From contig BTVJ01000091.1 in assembly GCA_045863395.1 (NCBI GenBank), positions 1 to 30,789 on the forward strand: DNA of 30,789 nt. The letters are read 5' to 3'. This document shows, in pieces, positions 10,209-17,720 of the stretch. The stretch's first letter is position 1. Every line of letters starts with the position of its first letter. Both the position numbers and the translations under genes were made by a program. The DNA comes from Myxococcales bacterium. Lineage in GTDB: Bacteria > Myxococcota_A > UBA9042 > JABWCM01 > BTVJ01. Under the pieces are notes generated by a model. It saw nothing but the letters and a program-made list of their open reading frames with translations, ran no database searches and was not told the origin of the DNA.

Positions 10209-10414
10209 GGGGTGAGATGGACCCCGATCCTTGAACCACGGACGACCGATCCTGTGGTGATCCGGGGGCAGCCTGGAGTGCCCGGACCCGCTAGGGCTGG
10301 TGCAGGCGGGCAGACAGCGTGCCCGCGAGCTGTCCCCTTCGGGAGAGGCCGCCCCTGTCAGGAGCCCCGCGACTCACGTCAGGCGGAGGATCGTGCGAGA
10401 CACTGCCTTCGTCG

Positions 10415-12004
10415 TCATGGCGCACCTCCAGTCCTTCCCTGCAACGCGAGAATGACCAGGACGAGCAGTCCAGAAGCAGCTCCGAAGGTCATTCGCGTTC
10501 CGGCCGTGATCGCCTCGGCGGTGGCGGTCCCCACGTCTCCGGCCCCGATGAGAAACAGGGCGCCCATCACTGACGCCCCCGTGATGAGCCCCAGATTGCG
10601 GGACAGGGTGAGGGTGCCGGAGACGAGCCCACGCGCCTCCGGGGCGACGTTTCGCATGACGGCCGTGTTGTTGGCCGCCTGGAACAGGGCGTAACCCGCC
10701 GTCAGGACGGCGACGGGGGCGACGTAGCCCGGCACACCCAGTGCCCGAGAGGCAGCCGCGAGTGCCGCGGCGCCCCCCAGAACTGCGAGAAGACCCAGAC
10801 GGACCGCGCGGTTCGGCCCGATCCGGTCGACGAGGCGCCCGGCGGGCACGCCGGCGAGCGCAGCGACCAGCGGTCCGAAGGACATGACGAGCCCGACCTC
10901 GCCGGTGTCGAGCCCGAGGGCTCGGGAGAGGTGGAATGGGCCGACCACCAGCGTCGCCATCACCACCGCCGAGACGACCATGTTGGCCGCGAGGCTGGCG
11001 AGCGTCGCGGGGCTCCGAAACACCGCCGGGCTCAGCAACGGCGAAGTGGTCCGCCGTTCGGTCCGCACGAGCAGAGCGACCGAGATGGCCGCGCCCAGGC
11101 CGAGGACGCCATTCACCACCCCAAAGTGTCCGCGGCCCAGCGTGACCGCGAGGGAATAGCAGGCCAGGGCCACCGCGAGCAGCACCGTGCCCGGCACTTC
11201 CAGCGCGCCCGTGAACCCGCCTCTGCGCTCAGCGGAGCGATCCGTGGGCGCCGGCACGTCGACGAGACGCCCGTCGTCCTCGACATCGCTGTGCCCAGCC
11301 TCCGGGGGCCAGACGCTCGTTTGCCGCGCATCTGGATCCGCCTCGTTCGACCGGCCTGGACGCCTGTGAGAGGAGCGGGACGGGGCGACGGCGTGACTCC
11401 GGCGTGCGGCCGGGAGGGCCCAGCCGGCGAGAGACAGGGTGATGAGACCCAGCGGGACTTGGACGAAGAAGGGCGCCTGCCACCCAAGCCAGTCGATGAG
11501 CGCGCCCCCCAAGGACGGGCCGAGGGCCGTGCCGACCGCGGACGTGGTGCCGAGCAGCCCCATGGCGCCGCCGGTGCGCTCGGCGGGGACGATCTCGCCC
11601 ACGAACGCGAGGGGCAGGGCCATCATGGCGGCCGCGGCGACCCCCTGCACGGCGCGGGCGGCGACGAGGAGCCACAGCCCGGGGGCAAGGCCGCACACCA
11701 GCGCGGCCACCGTGAACACGGCCAACCCTGCGCGGAGCAGCGTCCTGCGGCCGAGCACGTCGCCCAGTCGCCCGGCTGCGATGATCGCTGCGGTGAGCGA
11801 GACGAGGTACGCAAGGACCACCCACTGGACAGCTCCGAACGGGGCAGAGAACGCCCGCGCCAGGGTCGGGAGTGCCACGTTGGCCATGCTCGTCGCGAGT
11901 GATGAGAGCAGCATCGAGAGAGACAGGGCGACGAGCGCCCACGACGTGGTCGGTGTGAGGACCGAGACCCGCATCTCGGTCCCGGTGCGAGCAGACTGGA
12001 TCAT
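10415..12004 (-). CDS. MFS drug:H+ antiporter (DHA2/EmrB-QacA-like, ~529 aa)
   Basis: ANVALPTLA, WVVLAY, motif A GRLGDVLGRR, ARAVQG, GPSLGG and GRLVDRIG; many hydrophobic segments; GAGGAGG RBS before ATG at 12004. Confidence 0.9.
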   Translation of the reverse strand: MIQSARTGTEMRVSVLTPTTSWALVALSLSMLLSSLATSMANVALPTLARAFSAPFGAVQWVVLAYLVSLTAAIIAAGRLGDVLGRRTLLRAGLAVFTVAALVCGLAPGLWLLVAARAVQGVAAAAMMALPLAFVGEIVPAERTGGAMGLLGTTSAVGTALGPSLGGALIDWLGWQAPFFVQVPLGLITLSLAGWALPAARRSHAVAPSRSSHRRPGRSNEADPDARQTSVWPPEAGHSDVEDDGRLVDVPAPTDRSAERRGGFTGALEVPGTVLLAVALACYSLAVTLGRGHFGVVNGVLGLGAAISVALLVRTERRTTSPLLSPAVFRSPATLASLAANMVVSAVVMATLVVGPFHLSRALGLDTGEVGLVMSFGPLVAALAGVPAGRLVDRIGPNRAVRLGLLAVLGGAAALAAASRALGVPGYVAPVAVLTAGYALFQAANNTAVMRNVAPEARGLVSGTLTLSRNLGLITGASVMGALFLIGAGDVGTATAEAITAGTRMTFGAASGLLVLVILALQGRTGGAP

Positions 12005-12100
12005 GCAGACCTCCTCGGTCAGGCGCGGACATCCGTGGGGGGATCGTTCGGGACTGAGGGGAGCATAGAGGCCCCCGTCGCATGGCGGAAGGCGCACGAT

Positions 12101-12129
12101 ATGCACTTGAACCATGCGTCTGACGCCAT
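12101..12129. promoter_or_regulatory. Putative LysR operator between the divergent MFS and lysR genes
   Basis: ATG-N9-CAT (T-N11-A box) at 12101-12115 overlaps a near-palindrome CATGCGTC-T-GACGCCATG. Confidence 0.4.
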
Positions 12130-13030
12130 GCTACGGGGTGGCGAGGGCGGGGCACACGCGCACGCCCTCGACGACCACCCGGAGCGCCCCCGATGTGAGC
12201 GCTGCTCCGCTCGCACGGCCTCGGGACCATGACGCGGCCTTGGAACCAGCTCGGGGTGCGGGCTATGCTCCGGCCATGGAGACACCGGACCTGAACCTGC
12301 TGGTGGCGCTGGACGTCCTGCTCGAGGAGGGGAGCGTCGCCGCCGCCGCCCGCCGCCTGCGCCTGAGCGCGTCCGCGATGAGCCGCACCCTCGCCCGGCT
12401 GCGCGAGGTGACAGGCGACCCCTTGCTGGTCCGAGCGGGGCGCCGGCTCGTCCCGACGCCGCGGGCGGCGGAGCTCGCTCAGCGGGTGGGTCCCGTCGTG
12501 CAGGAGGCCAGAGCCCTGCTCCACCCCGGCGCCGCCGTCGATGTGCGCACGCTCGTCCGGACGTTCACCCTCCGGACCAGCGACGGGTTCGTCGAGACGT
12601 TCGGCCCGGCCCTCATCGCGCGGGTGGCTGCCGACGCACCGGGGGTGCGGCTGCGGTTCGTCCAGAAGCTGACCAAGGAGAGCGGCCCCCTCCGGGACGG
12701 AGAGATCGATCTGGAGACCGGCGTGGTCGGCACCGGGACAGGCTCGGAGCTTCGCGCCCAGGGGCTCTTCCGGGACCGGTTCGTGGGAGCGGTCCGGCCG
12801 GGGCACCCCCTCGCAGGCGGCGAAGTGACGGCGCAGGGCTACGCGGGCTGTCGACACGTCGTGGCGTCCCGCAGAGGGACGGGCGGCGGTCCGGTCGACG
12901 ACGCCCTGGCGCTGCTCGGGCTCGAGCGAGACGTGGCCGCCGTCGTCGGCGGCTTCGCGTCAGCGCTCGCCTTGGTGCGCGGGACCGACCTGGTCGCGAC
13001 CGTGCCGGCGCGCCACACCAAAGGCCTGAG
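12130..13030 (+). repeat. Direct repeat copy 1 (~900 bp; lysR upstream region plus the first 755 bp of lysR)
   Basis: Matches about 29255-30154 at offset 17124. It appears identical over 12213-13030, with several mismatches in the first ~80 bp. Confidence 0.95.
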
Positions 13031-13145
13031 CGCCTCTGTCGTTACGGCCTTCGGGCACCCTTCTCCGTCGAGCGATTCTCCGTCCTGCCGGACGGGCGGG
13101 TCAGCTACGAGCTGCGCAAGGCCGTGGGCGGCCGCACGGAGCTGA
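12276..13145 (+). pseudogene. LysR-family regulator, 3'-truncated copy (native sequence ends at 13030; the frame runs on into IS91-like DNA)
   Basis: HTH DLNLLVALDVLLEEGSVAAAARRLRLSASAMSRTLARLR. Identical to the 29400 copy up to ...RHTKGL, after which the last ~50 aa are replaced. Confidence 0.9.
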
Positions 13146-14168
13146 ACCTCGACCCGCTCGACCTCTTCCGTCGCCTGGTGGCCCTACTTCCTGCTCCATG
13201 CGGAAATCTGGTCAGATACCACGGTATTCTCGCCGGCGCTCACAATTTCGCGAGCCACTTCCGCGCCCTGCGGCATCCCTCTCGTCGGACCGCGCGAGAT
13301 CGTGCGGCGCAACAGCCGCTTCCCATCCGAGTTCGGTGGATCGATCCCCCAGACACTTGGCGGTCCCCCCGTCAGCTCCTGCATCAATGCAGCCCCCCGC
13401 CCCTCCGCACGGCGGAACGGTGCCTGGCGCGGCAGCCGACCCGAGGCTCTCCAGACCGTACGACTCGACGCCGAACGGAGAAGCCACAAACCGAGCAGGC
13501 GCGGCCCCACCTCCGCCCCCGCAGAACCAAAACGCCCCGACGATTCACGCCACCGGCCTCCCGCCGCGGAGACGCCTCTCCAGGGCGGCACTGCTCCTTC
13601 GCACACTCGACGTGGACGTGTTGATGTGCACGCGGTGTGCGGCGCCCATGGTCGTCCTCGCCTACTTGACCGACGCCAACGTCGTCAAGCGAATCCTGGC
13701 GCACCTCAGATTGCCGACCGCCCCACCGCCGCTCGCGAGGGCCCCTGACCCGCAGCCCGCGTTCGAGGGGGCTCCACCCTGGACGGACGACCTCACACAC
13801 CCACAGGTCCTCGACGATTCCCCCGAGGCTCCCGCCGGCCGCGGCCCACCGCGAGCCCCGCAGCGCCGCGCCCCTCCTGTCCCAGGAGCAGGCGTCTCCC
13901 GGAAGTTCTGCTGAGGCACCAGCCCACCCTCGATCCCATCGCGGCCGGGCGCTCCGACAGATCCGCCCGCTCAGACCCGTCGCCCCCAACAGACCACCCA
14001 CTACAAGCCCACTGCAAGCCGCCAGAGCCCAAGGTGCCCCCCCCCCGCCCGACCGTTGCTACCGACCGCAGCGCCCCCGCCAATACTCCTCCGTCCACCT
14101 CTCCCACGCAACCCGCTCCACCTGTACCCACCTCGCGCTCCCGAAAGCGCGATGGAACTTCCTATCCG
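13028..14168 (+). mobile_element. IS91/ISCR-like (Y2 rolling-circle) element, 3' remnant with frameshifted transposase C-terminus and oriIS-like end
   Basis: ERLCRYGLRAPFSVERF..LPDGRVSYELRK...LDPLDLFRRLVALLPAP..NLVRYHGILA, then in another frame LLLRTLDVDVLMCTRCAAPMVVLAYLTD..VVKRILAHL. A short hairpin TCGCGCT..AGCGCGA (14133-14152) precedes GAACTTCCTATCC (14155-14167), which resembles ISCR oriIS ends. Confidence 0.8.
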
Positions 14169-14650
14169 CATTCGCCGACATAGAAGGGTGCCCGAAGACC
14201 GTAGCTGCAGAGGCGCCCCAGACCGGTTGGGTCCTGGGCGGCGACGGAGCGGGCTGCGTGGAGAGAGAAGCCCTCGACGTTCGCGCACAGGGGCTTCGGG
14301 GCCGCGCGCCGGTGGGAAGGCTCGGATTTCGTGCTCTCGGGGGCGCTGGCGCATTGGCGGACGAGTGCGTCCTCTGCGTGGGCGTCCTCCCCGTCGGAGT
14401 GACCACCGCTCGGCTCCAGCTGCCGTTGAGCGACGGTTTGGAGGCGCTCCGCAAGGCGCACGGTGAGCATTAAGACGTCATCGTCCGTGTAGGGCAGCAG
14501 GGCGTGGAACTGGCAGCTCTCCGCGCCGTCGCCTGGGAGCAGGAAGAGGCCGTCCGGCACGAGCACATGCACGTGGGGAAAAAGGTCGGAGGTCCTGGAT
14601 GAAGCGCTGAAGGAAGGACACCGAGCCGGTCTGCGCGCTCCCCGCTCCGG
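14169..14650 (-). pseudogene. IS91-family (Y2) transposase internal fragment containing the HUH motif
   Basis: TGSVSFLQRF, a frameshift, then FPHVHVLVPDGLF (HUH) ... CANVEGFSLHA ... GLGRLCSYGLRAPF; truncated at both ends. Confidence 0.8.
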
Positions 14651-14669
14651 CGAACCCCAACCTCCCCCC

Positions 14670-15197
14670 GCGCAGTCGCTGCCAGCGCCCGCGATCAAGG
14701 AGTTCGTCGTCGCGCGCATCTCCGAGACAGCCGCCAACGGCTCGCTGGCCAAGCGCGTTGCCGCGCACCTCGAGACGCTCACCACCGGCAAGGACGAGGA
14801 CTTCGGCAAGCTGCGTACGGAACTGGTGGCGAAGATCGCCGAGACCTCGACGACCGCATCCAAGCTCGCCGAGGAGGTGTTGCGCCTCGAAGGGCGCGCC
14901 CGCGAACTCGTCGAGCAGAAGCTCGGCGTCGAAGCTGATCGCCTCGCCGGGTGCGAGCAGCAACTCCGCGACCTCGAACGGGACGCCGCCGAGCTCGAAA
15001 TCGCCAAGCGAGACCACACCTGGTTCGTCGCCGCGCTCCGCGACTTCGCGAAGGTCTGGGTGAACATGTCGCCCGACAACCAGGGGCGCTTCCTGCGGGC
15101 CCTGATCGACAAGGAGGTCGTCGACGAGGACAAGGGCACCTGCCGGGTCGAGCTGAGCGACTTCGGCGCCGCCTCGGGCACGAGGGACGCGGCATGA
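14670..15197 (+). pseudogene. C-terminal remnant of a large serine recombinase-like protein (coiled coil)
   Basis: LPAPAIKEFVVARI, a long coiled coil, then LRDFAKVWVNMSPDNQGRFLRALIDK.VVD; this is a typical large serine recombinase tail. The catalytic N-terminus is absent, replaced by IS91 debris. Confidence 0.55.
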
Positions 15198-15667
15198 CGG
15201 ACGAGCAGACGACCGAGGAGCAGAGGACAGCGAGCGATTACCGGATCATCGAGGAGAAGGTGTTCTGGCACCGGAGCCGCCGCGTCGGGCGCACCCCGAC
15301 GCCGCCGCCCGACAAGGCCGAGCCCGTGCGCCGGCCCGCCAAGGTCGCTCGCCAGCTCGCCCTCGCGCACCATCTCGAGGCCGCCATCGAGCGCGGGCTC
15401 GTGGCCGACCAGGCCGCACTGGCGCGCAAGCTCGGGCTCACGCGCGCTCGGATCACGCAGCTCATCGACCTGCTGATGCTCGCCTGCGATCCTCAGGAGC
15501 AGGTCCTCGCCCTCGAAGCCGTCGACAGGGTGGAGCCGGTGGCCGAGCGGACGCTGCGGGTGGTTGCGCACGCGGGCATGTGGGTTGAGCAGCGGGCGGC
15601 GTGGGCGAGGATTGCTACCCGCTGGCCTCCCGCCACGCCCCTGACGCCGGAGAGCGCGGTGAGTTGA
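15194..15667 (+). CDS. Small HTH protein of the kind found downstream of large serine recombinases (157 aa)
   Basis: ATGA overlap with the recombinase remnant. ARQLALAHHLEAAIERG.VADQAALARKLGLTRARITQLIDLLMLA.D.QEQVL is HTH-like, followed by W.EQRAAW. Confidence 0.65.
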   Translation: MTDEQTTEEQRTASDYRIIEEKVFWHRSRRVGRTPTPPPDKAEPVRRPAKVARQLALAHHLEAAIERGLVADQAALARKLGLTRARITQLIDLLMLACDPQEQVLALEAVDRVEPVAERTLRVVAHAGMWVEQRAAWARIATRWPPATPLTPESAVS

Positions 15668-15903
15668 AGGCGCATAATGACCTTGCTCGACGTTCTCGCG
15701 CTCCAGACTCCCTCCTCGGAGATCGCAGTCCCGCCTCCTGCGGAGTGCGACGAGTCGTCCTCGACCCGTCTCGATGTCACAGAACTGGATGAAGCCGGGC
15801 GAGATCCAGTGGAATCCATTGATCTCCTGGCCCTTGGGGAGCTACCATCCGACGGCGCCGAGGCCGGCACGACGGTCGAGGAGCCCCGAGAGGGAGACCG
15901 AAG

Positions 15904-16098
15904 GTGGATGATCGATGGCTCTCCGTCGGCGAGATCCCCGAGTACCTCGGGATCAAAAAGGACAGCGTGTGCGCATGGATCGACAAGAAAGGACTTCCAG
16001 GACATCGCATCGGACGCCTCTGGAAGTTCCAGCGATCCGAGATCGACGAGTGGGTCCACAAGGGAAAGGCCGCTGACGCACAGCGAGACGACGAGTGA
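15904..16098 (+). CDS. Excisionase-family (HTH_17-like) DNA-binding protein (64 aa)
   Basis: RWLSVGEIPEYLGIKKDSVCAWIDKKGLPGHRIGRLWKFQRSEIDEWV; purine-rich RBS GAGGGAG; stop lies 13 bp before the methyltransferase ATG. Confidence 0.85.
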   Translation: MDDRWLSVGEIPEYLGIKKDSVCAWIDKKGLPGHRIGRLWKFQRSEIDEWVHKGKAADAQRDDE

Positions 16099-16111
16099 GG
16101 TAACCGAGCGC

Positions 16112-17314
16112 ATGGCGAGGAAGGCACCAACGACGACGAGTGGACGGACTGATCGGCCCGAAGACGATGTCGTGTGCGTGGACCTCTTCTGCGGCGCAGG
16201 CGGGCTCACCCATGGTCTCATCAGCGCGGGTGTGAAGGTCCGCGCGGGCGTCGACTTCGATGAGGCCTGTCGCCACCCCTACGAGGCCAACCACGAGGGA
16301 ATCGTGTTTCACCAAGCCGACGTCGCCGAGCTCGCAGCGTCGACGGTCGCCGAGTGGTTCGGCGACGCGAAGGTGCGCGTTCTCGCTGGCTGCGCGCCGT
16401 GCCAGCCCTTCTCTACGTACGCCCTCCGCTACCAAAAGGACGAGAACGTCGAGGACGACCAGCGTTGGAGCCTCCTCAACCACTTCGGCAGGTTGGTGAG
16501 GGAGCTGCTGCCTGACATCGTCACGATGGAGAACGTCCCCACCGTGACGAGGCACTCGGTGTTCAACAACTTCAAGAGCACGCTGGAGAGCCTCGGCTAC
16601 AAGGTCTCGGTCGATGTCGTCGACTGCGCCGTGTACGGGCTCCCGCAGCGCCGCAACCGCACCGTGCTGCTCGCGTCGCTCCACCGCGACATCAAGCTGC
16701 GTGAGCCGGTCGCCTCCGAGACTCGAACGGTGGAGGATGTCATCAAGGAGATGCCGATCCTTCACCACGGCGGCACCGACAAGAGCGACCGCTTGCACGC
16801 TGCGTCCCGCCTCTCCGACTTGAACCACGAGCGCATCCTGCACTCGAAGCCGGGAGGCACGTGGCGCGATTGGCCGAAGCACCTCGTCGCCAAATGTCAC
16901 ACGAAGAGCACCGGCAAGACGTACCCCGCCGTCTACGGGCGAATGAAGTACGACGAGCCCGCGCCGACTTTGACCACACAGTTCTATGGGTTCGGCAACG
17001 GTCGCTTCGGACACCCGACGCAGGCGCGAGGGCTCTCGCTGCGCGAGGGCGCGTTGCTCCAGGGATTCCCGAGGGACTACTCGTTCGTCCCCGACGACCA
17101 GCCGATCCAGTTCAAGGCGCTGGGCCGCATGATCGGCAACGCGGTACCCGTCGATCTTGGACGCGTGATCGGGCAGAGCATCATCGAGCACGTCAGGCAG
17201 CACGGCAAGAGCTTCGCCGATCACCACGTGCGGCATGTCGAAAGGGCCCCCTCGTCAGCGCACCAAGGAGAGCGTAATGGCCGCGAGCAGAAGGGCCGCG
17301 CCGTCCACGGCTGA
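16112..17314 (+). CDS. dcm: DNA (cytosine-5)-methyltransferase (400 aa)
   Basis: Motif I DLFCGAGG, IV GCAPCQPFS (catalytic PC), VI ENV, VIII QRRNR, IX LSLREGALLQGFP, X IGNAVP. ATG 16112 follows GAGG. Confidence 0.95.
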   Translation: MARKAPTTTSGRTDRPEDDVVCVDLFCGAGGLTHGLISAGVKVRAGVDFDEACRHPYEANHEGIVFHQADVAELAASTVAEWFGDAKVRVLAGCAPCQPFSTYALRYQKDENVEDDQRWSLLNHFGRLVRELLPDIVTMENVPTVTRHSVFNNFKSTLESLGYKVSVDVVDCAVYGLPQRRNRTVLLASLHRDIKLREPVASETRTVEDVIKEMPILHHGGTDKSDRLHAASRLSDLNHERILHSKPGGTWRDWPKHLVAKCHTKSTGKTYPAVYGRMKYDEPAPTLTTQFYGFGNGRFGHPTQARGLSLREGALLQGFPRDYSFVPDDQPIQFKALGRMIGNAVPVDLGRVIGQSIIEHVRQHGKSFADHHVRHVERAPSSAHQGERNGREQKGRAVHG

Positions 17315-17720
17315 AACCAGCCACCGCATGCAGCGGGTTCGGCAGCAGAACACGTCCGCCGAGGCGGCAGTGCGACGTGAGCTGTACGCGTGCGGCCTTC
17401 GCTACCGTATGCAGGTGCAGGTCCTCACCAAGCCCCGCAGGGTCGCCGACGTCGCGTTCAGCGGGCTCCGTGTCGCGGTCTTCGTCGACGGCTGCTTCTG
17501 GCATGGCTGCCCCGAACACGCGACGTGGCCCAAGGCGAACGCCGACTTCTGGCGTTCCAAGATCTTGGCGAACAAGGAGCGTGACCTCGACACCGACCGA
17601 CGCCTTCGGGAAGACGGTTGGGCGGTGGTTCGCGCATGGGCTCACGAGGCGCCCAGCGACGTCGCCTCTCGCGTGGTCAGCGTGGTTCGTTCGCGGCGAA
17701 GGACCGAGAAGAGCCGATGA
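17277..17720 (+). CDS. vsr: Very short patch repair endonuclease
   Basis: SHRMQRVRQQNTSAE...ADVAF....VAVFVDGCFWHGCPEH...PKANADFWRSKI.AN.ERD...GWAVVRAWAHE; overlaps the MTase 3' end. Confidence 0.95.
   Translation: MAASRRAAPSTAETSHRMQRVRQQNTSAEAAVRRELYACGLRYRMQVQVLTKPRRVADVAFSGLRVAVFVDGCFWHGCPEHATWPKANADFWRSKILANKERDLDTDRRLREDGWAVVRAWAHEAPSDVASRVVSVVRSRRRTEKSR

Noticed and set aside
14162..15571. 469-aa minus-strand ORF as an intact transposase
   Set aside because: Only the last ~140 aa are transposase-like; the rest is antisense to the recombinase remnant and HTH gene.
15677..16111. 145-aa N-terminal extension of the methyltransferase
   Set aside because: Low-complexity translation that overlaps a convincing HTH gene in another frame; ATG 16112 has an RBS and lies just before motif I.
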